64,000 nt of DNA, from positions 27,296 through 91,295 of the forward strand of contig JBBILD010000016.1 of assembly GCA_037445065.1 (NCBI GenBank), written 5' to 3'. The notes under the pieces are model-generated. The model saw nothing but the letters and a program-made list of their open reading frames with translations. It was not told the origin of the DNA and did not search any database. How positions within the stretch are numbered: the stretch's first letter is position 1; each line of letters begins with the position of its first letter. Source of the stretch: Myxococcales bacterium. Lineage in GTDB: Bacteria > Desulfobacterota > Binatia > HRBIN30. Of the stretch, positions 1 through 9,841 are shown piece after piece. A program made the translations under genes and the position numbers.

Positions 1-73
1 TGCCGCAAGTAACCGGTGCGGTTCAAACGAACATTCGCAACTCGCCATCCGCCGCTTGCCGCGCGCTGCTGGC
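1..73 (-). repeat. Dispersed repeat (heptamer array plus linker), inverted copy of 6410-6482; probably continues beyond the window start
   Basis: Manual alignment to the reverse complement of 6410-6482 gives 66/73 identities. Confidence 0.9.
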
Positions 74-127
74 CGGAAAGCACTTCCCTTGTTGTCGCTA
101 GGTCGGATCGGTACCTAAGCCTGAATC

Positions 128-928
128 ATGTCTGGCGGCCAGGCGGCAGCAGCAGATCACGTTGTCTTCGAGCACGTCAACATGAGTTTTGGCGCTCGGC
201 GTGTGCTGGTGGATTTTTGTTGTTCCTTCCCGCGCGGCAAGATCAGCGTCGTGCTCGGCGGTAGCGGGGCCGGCAAGACCACCATCCTGCGTTTGATCGG
301 GGGGCTCATCCAGCCGCAAAGCGGCAGAATTTGGGTCGCGGGTGTGGAGATCAGCCGCCTGTCCGAGCGCGAACTCTACCGGGTGCGCGAGAAGCTCGGC
401 ATGATGTTTCAAGGCGGAGCGCTTCTCAACTCGCTCACCGTGTTCGACAACCTGGCCTTCCCGTTGCGCGAACACGCCCGTCTGGGCGAGGCGGAGATTG
501 CCGAACGCGTGCACGCCACGCTGCAAGCGGTGGGGTTGCGCGACGTGGACGCGCTTTTGCCGGCGGAGTTGTCAGGCGGCATGGTCAAGCGCGTGTCGCT
601 CGCGCGCGCCATCCTCATGAATCCGGAAATCCTGTTGTGTGACGAGCCGTTCTCTGGTCTGGACCCAATTTCCGTCAAGCGCATCGAGGCACTTTTGCGG
701 CGCATCAACCGCGAGCGGGCCATCACGATGGTGGTCTCCTCGCACCACATTCCCTCCACCATGCGCATGGCGGATCGGGTGGCGCTGCTCTTCGACCACA
801 GCGTGGTGGTCGGCACGCCGCTCGAGCTGGCGGGGAGCGCCGACCCACAAATCGCCGAGTTTTTCAACGAAGAGGTGCGGGAGGATGCGGTCGCCGAGCC
901 GCGCCACATCCCTACCGCGCGATGGTGA
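128..928 (+). CDS. mlaF: Phospholipid ABC transporter ATP-binding subunit
   Basis: Walker A GGSGAGKT, LSGGM signature, CDEPFSGLDP; heads the mla operon. Confidence 0.93.
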   Translation: MSGGQAAAADHVVFEHVNMSFGARRVLVDFCCSFPRGKISVVLGGSGAGKTTILRLIGGLIQPQSGRIWVAGVEISRLSERELYRVREKLGMMFQGGALLNSLTVFDNLAFPLREHARLGEAEIAERVHATLQAVGLRDVDALLPAELSGGMVKRVSLARAILMNPEILLCDEPFSGLDPISVKRIEALLRRINRERAITMVVSSHHIPSTMRMADRVALLFDHSVVVGTPLELAGSADPQIAEFFNEEVREDAVAEPRHIPTARW

Positions 929-938
929 GGGCGCTGCG

Positions 939-1715
939 ATGCGGCGGGTGATCGAGGACATTGGCTTTGCGGCAGCCCGCTTCGTGGCCGAACTCGGGCG
1001 CATGGCGCTGTTTGCGGGCGACGTACTGCGCGCCGCCTTCACTCCGCCACCGCGGGTGGGAGCGTTTGTGAGCGAGTTGTTCCAGATCGGGGTGCTCTCG
1101 TTGCTCATCATTTGTGTATGCGGGGCCGCGGTGGGCATGGTGCTCGGGCTGCAGGGCTACAACACGCTGGTTCGCTTCGGTGCGGAGGAATCCCTGGGTG
1201 CGGTGGTGGGGCTCAGCTTGATTCGTGAACTCGGCCCGGTGTTGACCGCGCTGCTTGCCACCGGCCGTGCCGGCTCCGCGACCACAGCCGAAATCGGCAC
1301 CATGGTGGCGACCGAGCAGCTCGATGGCTTGCGCATGATGGCGATCGACCCGGTGCATTTGGTGGTGGTGCCGAAGACGCTCGCCATGATCGCCGCCATG
1401 CCCCTGCTCTCCGCGTTGTTCATCGTGTGCGGGCTTGCGGGAGGCTACTTCGTAGGAGTGGTTCTGATGGGAGTGGATCCAGGCAATTACGTGTCCAGTT
1501 TGCAAAACGCGGTGGACTTCCGCGAAGACGTGCTCGGGAGTCTTCTCAAAGCGGCCGTGTTCGGCGTGCTGGTAGGGCTCATTTCCACCTACCGCGGCTA
1601 CACTTGCGCACCGAGTTCGGCCGGGGTGAGCGCTGCGACCACGTCCACCGTGGTGACCGGCTCGGTTTCGGTGTTGTTATTCGATTATGTCATCACCGCC
1701 TTGTGGGGGGTGTGA
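939..1715 (+). CDS. mlaE: MlaE family permease
   Basis: RELGPVLTALL..GRAGS, EQLDGLRMMAIDP; ATG at 939 in frame with ORF 639-1715. Confidence 0.93.
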   Translation: MRRVIEDIGFAAARFVAELGRMALFAGDVLRAAFTPPPRVGAFVSELFQIGVLSLLIICVCGAAVGMVLGLQGYNTLVRFGAEESLGAVVGLSLIRELGPVLTALLATGRAGSATTAEIGTMVATEQLDGLRMMAIDPVHLVVVPKTLAMIAAMPLLSALFIVCGLAGGYFVGVVLMGVDPGNYVSSLQNAVDFREDVLGSLLKAAVFGVLVGLISTYRGYTCAPSSAGVSAATTSTVVTGSVSVLLFDYVITALWGV

Positions 1716-1721
1716 GTCGCC

Positions 1722-2207
1722 ATGAATCGCTCTCCAAGTCGAGATCTCGCGGTCGGACTCTTCGTGCTCGCTGGCCTGGCGGCCCTCGCTTACTTGTCCG
1801 TCAACGTAGGCGGCTTGACCTGGCGCAACGAAGGAGGCCTGGTCGTGGATGCATACTTCGATGAAATCGGCGGGCTCAAACCGCGCGCGCCGGTGGTGAT
1901 CGCCGGGGTCAAAGTGGGACAAGTGGTCGAGATCCGTTTGGCCGAGGACTACCGGGCGCGCGTGCGCATGGACCTCAAGCGCGACCTGAAACTGCCGGTG
2001 GACACCACGGCCTCGATTATGACCGCAGGTCTGCTGGGAGATCAGTACATCTCCCTGCAAGTGGGCGGTGAGGATCGGTTCCTCACCAATGGCGGCGTGA
2101 TCACCATGACCGAGTCCGCCATCAGTCTAGAGCGGCTCATCGGGAAGTTCATTTACAGTAACGAGCGCGGGGGAAGCGGCGACGAGAAGAACCGGAGCAC
2201 GGAATGA
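1722..2207 (+). CDS. mlaD: MCE-domain protein MlaD
   Basis: N-terminal TM, FDEIGGLKPRAPVVIAGVKVG, TAGLLGDQYI. Confidence 0.93.
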   Translation: MNRSPSRDLAVGLFVLAGLAALAYLSVNVGGLTWRNEGGLVVDAYFDEIGGLKPRAPVVIAGVKVGQVVEIRLAEDYRARVRMDLKRDLKLPVDTTASIMTAGLLGDQYISLQVGGEDRFLTNGGVITMTESAISLERLIGKFIYSNERGGSGDEKNRSTE

Positions 2208-2941
2208 GAGAAACGCTGGTAGGGAAGTGGTGGCTCGGGGTGGTGTTGAGCGTCCTTGTGGCGACGCCCAGTTCGTCCGTCCGGGCTGAAGAGCCGGACC
2301 CTTGGGTGCGCTGGAACCGAGCTGTGTTTGCTTTCAACGATGCGCTCGACGTCTACCTGCTCGAGCCGGTGGCGAAAGCGTGGGACCGGGTCTTGCCCGA
2401 TCGCGTCCAGCAGTCCATCGCCAATGTGTTCACAAACGCGTACACGCCGCTTGTTGCTGCGAACAACCTGTTGCAGGGCAAGCCGCACGAAAGCGCGGTG
2501 GATGTTGCCCGCTTCATGGTGAATTCCACTTTTGGCCTGGTCGGGCTGTTCGACCTGGCGTCCGACTGGGGCTTGGAAAAACACGATGAAGACTTTGGGC
2601 AGACGCTGGCCGTATGGGGTGTGCCGCCTGGGCCGTATTTGGTGCTTCCGTTCCTGGGTCCCTCCTCGCCGCGCGATGCGCTGGGTTATGGAGTGGACTC
2701 GCTTGCCACCGTTTACTGGTTTTTCACTGACATTCGCTTCACCATCGGGCCGCAAGCGGTTTCTGTGGTCAACGGCCGAGCGCAAGTGCTCGACGCAGTG
2801 CGCGAGTTGAAAGCGGCCTCGGTGGACTATTACGCTGCCGTGCGCAACGCGTACTGGCAGCGGCGCAAGGCGCAGATTTCCGACACGCGCGAAGCGAGCG
2901 TGGACCAAAGTTTGTACCAAATCGAGGACGAAGATGAGTAA
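2204..2941 (+). CDS. mlaA: VacJ/MlaA family protein
   Basis: DPWVRWNRAVFAFN, RFMVNSTFG, EDFGQTL, GPYLVLPFLGPS. Confidence 0.92.
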   Translation: MRETLVGKWWLGVVLSVLVATPSSSVRAEEPDPWVRWNRAVFAFNDALDVYLLEPVAKAWDRVLPDRVQQSIANVFTNAYTPLVAANNLLQGKPHESAVDVARFMVNSTFGLVGLFDLASDWGLEKHDEDFGQTLAVWGVPPGPYLVLPFLGPSSPRDALGYGVDSLATVYWFFTDIRFTIGPQAVSVVNGRAQVLDAVRELKAASVDYYAAVRNAYWQRRKAQISDTREASVDQSLYQIEDEDE

Positions 2942-3560
2942 GCAACGGAGAGCGTGGTGCGTAGCAGCCTCGTTGCTCTTGCTCGTGGCTGGCGGTGGTC
3001 TGCCGGCCGCAGCAGGGGCAGCGGAGAATCCACGGCAAGTAATCGAGCGCACCACGGACGCGGTGATTGCAGTGCTCGCGAACTCCTCGCTTGCGGCGGA
3101 CGAGAAGCGCAAGCGGATCGAGGACATCGCCGCGCAGCGCTTCGACTTTGCCACCGTCTCCAAGCTCGTGCTGGCACGCAACTGGCGGCGCCTCACGCCC
3201 GAGCAGCAGGCGCAGTTCACGGAGGAGTTCCGCAAGCACTTGTCGCTCACTTACGGACGCAATGTCGAGCAGTACAACAACGAGCGCGCCGAGGTGACCG
3301 GCGAGCGCCAGGAGCCGGACGGAGATTGGACCGTGAAAACCCGCATCCTGCGCCCGCAAGGCGAGCCCATTTTGGTAGACTACCGCCTGCGCAAGTTCGG
3401 CGAGGAGTGGCGCGTTATTGACGTCATTATCGAAGGTACGAGCCTGGTGGCCAACTTCCGCGCCCAGTTCCAGGATATCGTGAGCCGCGATGGCCCGCAA
3501 AAGCTCATCCAGGTGCTGCAAGAAAAGAACGCGCGCGGCGAGCCGCTGAAAACTTCGTGA
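2934..3560 (+). CDS. mlaC: Periplasmic phospholipid-binding protein MlaC
   Basis: Signal peptide; FDF..SKLVL..W; WRVIDVIIEGTSLVANFRAQF. Confidence 0.92.
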   Translation: MSKQRRAWCVAASLLLLVAGGGLPAAAGAAENPRQVIERTTDAVIAVLANSSLAADEKRKRIEDIAAQRFDFATVSKLVLARNWRRLTPEQQAQFTEEFRKHLSLTYGRNVEQYNNERAEVTGERQEPDGDWTVKTRILRPQGEPILVDYRLRKFGEEWRVIDVIIEGTSLVANFRAQFQDIVSRDGPQKLIQVLQEKNARGEPLKTS

Positions 3561-3650
3561 GTCCCGCGCCGCTGTTTTGGCCCTGGGCGAGTCGCCACCG
3601 CGACCGAGCCAGATCGTCACCCACGGCGGGCCAGCCTCGCGCGGCAAGCC

Positions 3651-5165
3651 TCAGCCGAGCAGTATCGGCCCGAGCAGCAGCAGCACCGCTACGATGGCGG
3701 CAACACCGATGAGGTCGAGCAGCAAGCCGTGGCGAATCATGGTTGTGAGCGGCACTCGTCCCGACCCGTACACGATCGCGTTGGTGGGGGTCGAGACCGG
3801 CAACATGAAGCCCAGCGACGCCCCTAGGGTCGCGCCCAGCGCCGGCAGCACCGGGGCCGCACCCGCCGAAGAGGCAAACGCAATCACCACCGGCACGATC
3901 ATGTTGGCCGAGGCGGTGTTGCTAGTGGTCTCGGAGAGCAGCGTGGCGCAGGCGGTGGACACCGCCAGCATGCTGGCCGCGGAATCGATCCCGAGTCGCG
4001 CGGTGAGCGCCTTGCCGAGAGCTTCAGCCAGTCCAGTTTGGAAGGCCATGGTGCCGAGTGCGAGCCCGCCGCCGTACAAGAACACGATCCACCAGTCGAT
4101 CTGCACCGCGTCCTCCCAACGCAACGTAAAGCGGTAGCGCCGCCAGTCGATCGGCAGCACGAACAACAAGCCGGCGCCGAACAGGGCGGCCACCCCTTCG
4201 GGAAAGGTGGCCGTGAGCCAGCGATACCACGGGTGCTGCTGCCCACCGCAAAGGGCCACCAGGCCGGGTGCCACCCACAACGCGACGGTAAAGGCGAAGG
4301 CCAGCACGGTGTTGCGCTGCCCCGCGGTCCACGGCCCGAGCCGCTTCCGTTCCTCTTCCAGGTGTTCTGCCACCCGGTCGAGAAGCGGCTTCATTTCGCC
4401 CAAGCCGCGACGCAAGTCCCACACCGCCCACCCCCACAGCAGCAGCACGATGGGGATGCCCAGTGCCATCCAAGTAAAGAAGGGAACCTCCGCCCCGGCC
4501 GAGCGGCGCAAAAAACCAAGGCCGATCAGGTTCGGCGGGGTACCCACCGGTGTGGCCAGCCCGCCAATGGAGGCGCCGAACGCACAGGAGAGAAGGAAGA
4601 CTGCCGCGAAGCGCGCCACCGCCGCGTTGCGCGGTTGTTCCCGTTCGAGGACGTGCAAGATGGAGAGGCCGATCGGATACATCATCGCCACCGTGGCGGT
4701 GTTGCTGATCCACATCGAGGTGAGGGTGGCAGCGCCCGCATAGGCGGCGAGGAGGCGGCCCGGCCGTGACCCGACGATCCGCCAGCGCAGAATCGCCAGT
4801 GCGACCCGCCGGTCTACACCGTGGACGAAGATCGCGCGCGCCAGGATGAAGGTGCCGATGAACAAGAAAATGAGTGGATCGGCAAAGGGCGCGAAGGCTT
4901 GCTGCGCAGGGGCCACGCCCAGGCTCACCGCGGCGGCAACCCCGAGAAACGCGGTCATGGCCATGGGGATGACTTCAGTGACCCACATCACGCCCACCGC
5001 CGCCAGGATCGCAGCCAGGCGTTGCGCCTCGGGAGAGAGTGGCAGCTCGGCCCACCACACCGCGACAAGGGCCAGCGGCGCAAGGAGCATCCCGGCACGC
5101 TGCCGGTATCGGTCAAAGCGGCTCGGAACGGACAGCTCTCCTGCACTCGCGGATGAATCGTTCAC
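3651..5165 (-). CDS. SLC13/DASS family anion symporter (start uncertain)
   Basis: SMWISNTAT, TPVGTPPN, SETTSNTA, FMLPVSTPTNA; many TM segments. Confidence 0.88.
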   Translation of the reverse strand: MNDSSASAGELSVPSRFDRYRQRAGMLLAPLALVAVWWAELPLSPEAQRLAAILAAVGVMWVTEVIPMAMTAFLGVAAAVSLGVAPAQQAFAPFADPLIFLFIGTFILARAIFVHGVDRRVALAILRWRIVGSRPGRLLAAYAGAATLTSMWISNTATVAMMYPIGLSILHVLEREQPRNAAVARFAAVFLLSCAFGASIGGLATPVGTPPNLIGLGFLRRSAGAEVPFFTWMALGIPIVLLLWGWAVWDLRRGLGEMKPLLDRVAEHLEEERKRLGPWTAGQRNTVLAFAFTVALWVAPGLVALCGGQQHPWYRWLTATFPEGVAALFGAGLLFVLPIDWRRYRFTLRWEDAVQIDWWIVFLYGGGLALGTMAFQTGLAEALGKALTARLGIDSAASMLAVSTACATLLSETTSNTASANMIVPVVIAFASSAGAAPVLPALGATLGASLGFMLPVSTPTNAIVYGSGRVPLTTMIRHGLLLDLIGVAAIVAVLLLLGPILLG

Positions 5166-5267
5166 GGAGCGCGCTTGATCAAAGCGCGCGTGCGGAAACA
5201 AGAGGGACGCCGTGTTTGCCTCGTCAGCCTTGCCCGATCTCGCTAAGGTGCCGCACGAGGAAACAGT

Positions 5268-6332
5268 ATGCCGACACCGCAAGAACTACTCGAGGCGCTT
5301 AAGAGCGTGAAGTATCCGGGCCTAGGGCGCGACATCGTGAGCTTCGGCTTCGTGCGCGACATCGAGGTTGGCTCGATGGCCGTGAAGGTCGTGCTCGCCC
5401 CGACCACGGCGGACCCAGCCGTCCTCGCTGAATTGCAGAAGCGGGTGCAAGCGCGCTTGCAGGAGTTCCCCGCGCTACCACCGGTGGAAGTGGAGATTGT
5501 GCGTCCCGAACCCGTTCGTCGCCGCGCAGTGGTTTCGACGGGGGCGATCCCCGGGGTGCAATCCATTTTGGCGGTGGCTAGTGGCAAGGGAGGTGTGGGC
5601 AAGTCGGCAGTGGCGGTGCATCTCGCGTACGCTTTTTCTACGCTCGGCAAGCGTGTGGGTCTCCTGGATGCCGACATTTACGGGCCGAGCGTGCCGCAAA
5701 TGCTCGCCCTCAGCGAGTCGCCGCGCATCACCGGGGCGCGCCGTATCCTGCCGCTCGAGCGGAGCGGCGTGAAGGTGATGTCCATGGGGCTGCTCATCGA
5801 TCCGGGCCAGCCGGTCATCTGGCGCGGCCCCATGATCAGCAAAGTGTTGGGGCAATTCTTTCGCGACGTGGAGTGGGGCGAACTGGACGTGCTGGTGCTC
5901 GATTTGCCCCCTGGTACCGGGGACGCCCAACTGACCATCACCCAGGAGCTGTTGCTCACCGGCGGTGTGATCGTCACGACCCCCCATCCTCTCGCCTTGG
6001 AGGATGTGCGCCGCGGGGTGGCGATGTTCCGGCAAGTGCACGCCCCTGTACTCGGCGTGATCGAGAACATGAGCTACTTCGTGTGTTCTGGTTGCGGCGA
6101 GCGCAGTGAGCCGTTTGCCCATGGCGGCGGGCAGCACCTCGCCGAGGAACTCGGCCTGCCCTTTCTCGGCGCAATCCCCCTCGCGCCGGCACTCATGCAG
6201 GCCGGAGAGATCGGCGAGCCGCTCATCTTGAGCGATCCGCAGCACCCAGTGAGCCAGACCTTCTTGGGCATGGCACAGCACCTGTGGGAAGAGATCGCCG
6301 CCCACCCTGCTACTCTCCCCGTGGTGGAGTGA
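5268..6332 (+). CDS. mrp: Mrp/ApbC/NBP35 Fe-S carrier ATPase
   Basis: SGKGGVGKS, DADIYGPS, WRGPM, DLPPGTGD, ENMS..CSGC. Confidence 0.93.
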   Translation: MPTPQELLEALKSVKYPGLGRDIVSFGFVRDIEVGSMAVKVVLAPTTADPAVLAELQKRVQARLQEFPALPPVEVEIVRPEPVRRRAVVSTGAIPGVQSILAVASGKGGVGKSAVAVHLAYAFSTLGKRVGLLDADIYGPSVPQMLALSESPRITGARRILPLERSGVKVMSMGLLIDPGQPVIWRGPMISKVLGQFFRDVEWGELDVLVLDLPPGTGDAQLTITQELLLTGGVIVTTPHPLALEDVRRGVAMFRQVHAPVLGVIENMSYFVCSGCGERSEPFAHGGGQHLAEELGLPFLGAIPLAPALMQAGEIGEPLILSDPQHPVSQTFLGMAQHLWEEIAAHPATLPVVE

Positions 6333-6368
6333 AGCCGGCCCGCCCCGAAAGCTCCAGCGTGCGAATTC

Positions 6369-6985
6369 GTAGGGCGGCCCTTGTGGTCGCAGGAAGAGCA
6401 CCGCGAGCCGCCAGCAGCGAGCGGTAAGCGGCGAATGGTGAGTTGCGAATGTTCGTTCGAACCGCACCGGTTACCCGCGGCACGGCGCCACGTGCGAGAC
6501 GGTGTAGGGGCGGCCCTTGTGGCCGCCCGTGGCGCCACCGATACGGCGTGTCGGTCGTGCACACGCGATGCCGAAAACATGCCTGCCGTGTCCGCCCGAA
6601 CCCGGGCCGCGACTGACGCATTGGGTTCGATTTGGCACACGGTCAGGCGCAAGGCCTCGCCATACAACCTGAACGTGGCACGAACCTGCGACCGGCCGTT
6701 GACCACATTTTGCTTCCCCTGCCACGCTGCCACGACACATCCACTCTGCCCCCAATGCGAGCAACGCTGAAGGCGTTGCTCCAATACAGCCCGGGGTTGG
6801 TGCCGGGCGCCACCCCCAAAAGCCGCAGCGCAACCCGGAAAGGGTTACGCTGTCCGGACCACGTACACTGGGATGCCCTAATGCATGCCTGCAACCCGAA
6901 ACGGGCTGCGCCAGCGGCGACCTGCAATGGGCGACGGAACCTGCACCGGCTGTCCCCACCACCATGCAATGCGGAAAGCGGCGCG
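6369..6985. repeat. Mosaic repeat cluster: GTAG REPs (6369, 6504, inverted 6638-6665), heptamer array 6399-6447, four AACnCnGAAAnGGTTGCG-like palindromes (6763, 6832, 6893, 6968)
   Basis: GTAGGGGCGGCCCTTGTGGCCGCCCGT hairpins; segments shared with the 26, 34, 44 and 52 kb clusters. Confidence 0.8.
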
Positions 6986-7347
6986 GAGCACAGCCTGACC
7001 TCGACGCACAGCGTGTCGGACACGGGGGTCGCCTGGGGTCGCAAGGGAGGCGACGCAGTGGCGTTTGGGAGGTGCAAACGCGGGCGCTCAGCAGCGCCCG
7101 CCCGCGCCTCTCAACGCTTCGCCCATCCAGCCCCGCCGCCCACGGCCCGCGTTTGCGTCTCCCTTCATGGCGAGTTTTTGCTGGAAAGGCAAGGCCAGGG
7201 TGCCCTTCGCGACCGTGGCGGGATCGGTCGCAGGGCGCGAAGAAATGGAACGGCGCGCGGGTGGGCAGCGGCTCGAGTGCGAACGGTTGCCCCGGCCCTT
7301 GATGCTTCCGTGTGCTGCCCGCAGGCCGCGCGCCGCCCTTGTGCTGC

Positions 7348-8532
7348 TCAACGGGGCACGAGAAACCAGAGCCTTCCCCGGTGGCGCAGGTTGCTCGCTT
7401 GCGCCTCGGCCAACTCTCCGCTTCCGCAGTACAGGTCAACGCGCCCACTCCCGCTCACTGTGGTGCCGCTATCTTGCAGGAAGACCAAGCGCCGGTACGC
7501 CTTACCGCGTCCGCCCGCTTCTGCATCCGGCTGCATTTCGAGAAATGCCACCGTCCCGTGCGGGTACACTGCCGGATCCGCGGCAAGCGAACGCCCCGCG
7601 GTGAGCGGGACTTGGCAGCTTCCCATCGGCCCGGCCACCACCCCGCGGAAGAACACGTACTGCGGATTCAAAGCAAACAAGTCGCGCTGCTCTTCGGGAT
7701 GGGCACGCAAATAGTCTTTAAGATCCCGCAGGGACACCGCGCCTGGCGGAAGCTTGCCCTGCTCGCTGAGCACCTTGCCCAGGGACACGTACGGGTGCCC
7801 GTTGGAACTGGCGTAACTGATTTGCAAGCGCACGCCGTCTTCGAGTTCGAGCAGGGCCGAGCCTTGCACGTGCAGAAAGTAGGCCTCCACAGGATCCTCG
7901 AGCCAGGCGAGTTCGTAGCCGCGTCCGCCCAGCGCCCCGGCTTCGATCTCGCTGCGCGTGAAGTACGGAACGAGTTTCCCGTCCTTCACCCGCCCTTGCA
8001 AAACGCGCGGCGGGCAAGTGGGGCACCATTCCCGCAGATCCACATCCACGAGATCGTCGGGCGGACGGTACACCGGATAGCGGAAACGCTCGTTGCGCTT
8101 GCGGCTGGCGCGCAGCTCTGGCTGATAGTAGCCAGCCACCACCAGCGAATCGCCCGCAGCAGGCGCGCGCAAAGCGACGGCCTCGCACAAGGCTAAAGGC
8201 TGCTGTGCGTGTTCTTTGACGAGTTGCGTCACGCGTACCAGCTCGCGCACCGAAAGCTCGCGCCCGCCGACGGTGACGCGCCGCTCGAGCGGCAGGCGGG
8301 AGAGATACTCGAGATTGCGCTCCGCAGCTTGGAGCAGGGTGTCGGGTGTGGCGTCGTCTTGCAGGAGGCGCCGGCACTCGCCGGGATCGGCAATCTCCTG
8401 GCCAGCGCTGCCGCGCTCCGCCGGCGGGGGCACCGGGGCCACCCGCTCCGTGCCTTGCTCGGCCGCACAACCGGCGAGGGCAAGCGCGACGGTCCAAGCG
8501 AGGATCGTGACCGGTGCGATGCGTGCGCGCAT
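7348..8532 (-). CDS. mltA: Membrane-bound lytic murein transglycosylase A, lipoprotein
   Basis: Lipobox LAGC; GYYQP, FLHVQGS, NPQYVFFR, SLAADP, QDSG. Confidence 0.9.
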   Translation of the reverse strand: MRARIAPVTILAWTVALALAGCAAEQGTERVAPVPPPAERGSAGQEIADPGECRRLLQDDATPDTLLQAAERNLEYLSRLPLERRVTVGGRELSVRELVRVTQLVKEHAQQPLALCEAVALRAPAAGDSLVVAGYYQPELRASRKRNERFRYPVYRPPDDLVDVDLREWCPTCPPRVLQGRVKDGKLVPYFTRSEIEAGALGGRGYELAWLEDPVEAYFLHVQGSALLELEDGVRLQISYASSNGHPYVSLGKVLSEQGKLPPGAVSLRDLKDYLRAHPEEQRDLFALNPQYVFFRGVVAGPMGSCQVPLTAGRSLAADPAVYPHGTVAFLEMQPDAEAGGRGKAYRRLVFLQDSGTTVSGSGRVDLYCGSGELAEAQASNLRHRGRLWFLVPR

Positions 8533-8543
8533 GGCTCCGGACT

Positions 8544-9740
8544 TCACGCGCCTGCCCCGCCTTCGGCAGCGAGTCGGCGTGCAGCGGCGGCCACACCCGC
8601 TCCCGCTTCCACCCGCCTGCCGCACTGCGGCAATACGTGTTCGAGGGCGACGAGCAAGCGCAGCACGTTGCCCGCGGTACTCGACTCGCCCATGAGGCCG
8701 ATCCTCCACACCCGTCCCTTGAACGGGCCCAACCCCGCCCCCACCTCGATGCCGTGCTGTTCGAGCAGCAACTGCCGCACCCGTGCTTCCTCCACTCCCT
8801 CAGGCACCGCCACTGCATGCAAGGTCCACAAGTGGTGTCCGGGCTCAGAGGCGAGGTGAAGGCCGAGGGCTTCGAGCCCGGCTACCAGTGCGCGGTGGTG
8901 CCTCTCGTGCCGGCGCCAGCGCGCTTCCAAACCTTCTTCTTCGATGAGGCGCAAGGCCTCCAGGAGCGCGTAGTTCATCGAGATGGGGGCGGTGTGGTGG
9001 TAGACTCGCTCGCTGCCCCAGTACCGGGCGAGCAACGACACATCGAGATACCACGAGCGCACCGGAGTGCGCCGTCTTTCGATGGCCTCGAGCGCCCGCG
9101 GGGAGAGGGCCAGTGGCGCCAGCCCGGGCGGCGCACTCAAGCATTTTTGCGTGCCGGAGTAACAAGCATCGATCTGCCAGCGGTCCACGTACACGGGATG
9201 GCCAGCCAGCGAGGTAACCGTATCCACCACCAAGAGCGCTCCACATTCGTGCGCCAGGCGTGAGATGTCTTCCAATGGTTGCAGCACCCCGGTGGAGGTC
9301 TCCGCATGCACCACCGCTACCAGCTTCGGTCGCCGGCACTGGGCTAAAGCCTTGCCCACCTGGGTGGGATCTACGGTACGTCCCCACGGCGCCTCGACCA
9401 CGTGCACCTCGGCGCCGCAGCGGCGGGCAATTTCGGCCATGCGCTGGCCGAACAGGCCGTGCACGCACACCACCGCTTGGTCGCCCTCCTCGAGCAGATT
9501 GACGAGCGCTGCTTCCATCCCCGCGCTCCCGGTGCCGGAGATAGGAATCGTGAAGGCGTTCTCGGTTTGAAACAGCCAGCGCAACAGGCGCTTGATCTCT
9601 TCCATGATGGCGAGAAAGGCCGGGTCGAGATGGCCCACCAGCGGCGAGGCCAGTGCCTGCAGCACACGCGGGTGCACCATGCTCGGCCCCGGGCCGAGCA
9701 ACAAACGATCGGGGGGTGGAAGCAAACGGACTTGACTCAT
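8544..9740 (-). CDS. Alanine-glyoxylate/serine-pyruvate aminotransferase (class V PLP)
   Basis: [36 protein letters not shown]. Confidence 0.92.
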   Translation of the reverse strand: MSQVRLLPPPDRLLLGPGPSMVHPRVLQALASPLVGHLDPAFLAIMEEIKRLLRWLFQTENAFTIPISGTGSAGMEAALVNLLEEGDQAVVCVHGLFGQRMAEIARRCGAEVHVVEAPWGRTVDPTQVGKALAQCRRPKLVAVVHAETSTGVLQPLEDISRLAHECGALLVVDTVTSLAGHPVYVDRWQIDACYSGTQKCLSAPPGLAPLALSPRALEAIERRRTPVRSWYLDVSLLARYWGSERVYHHTAPISMNYALLEALRLIEEEGLEARWRRHERHHRALVAGLEALGLHLASEPGHHLWTLHAVAVPEGVEEARVRQLLLEQHGIEVGAGLGPFKGRVWRIGLMGESSTAGNVLRLLVALEHVLPQCGRRVEAGAGVAAAARRLAAEGGAGA

Positions 9741-9841
9741 GCGATCCTCGGAGGTTGCCTCGATAGTCAATTGGCCAGCTTGGCTCCAGGCGCGGCCTCG
9801 GCGGGACGGTGTTGCGTGGACAAGTGCCGCGCCGCTGGCGT

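Noticed and set aside
1..6482. Composite transposon carrying the mla operon
   Set aside because: No transposase between the repeats, which belong to a dispersed family
6851..6870. PDHVH (HUH-like) motif in ORF 6632-7714
   Set aside because: No other Y1 transposase motifs nearby; lies within a repeat linker, probably chance
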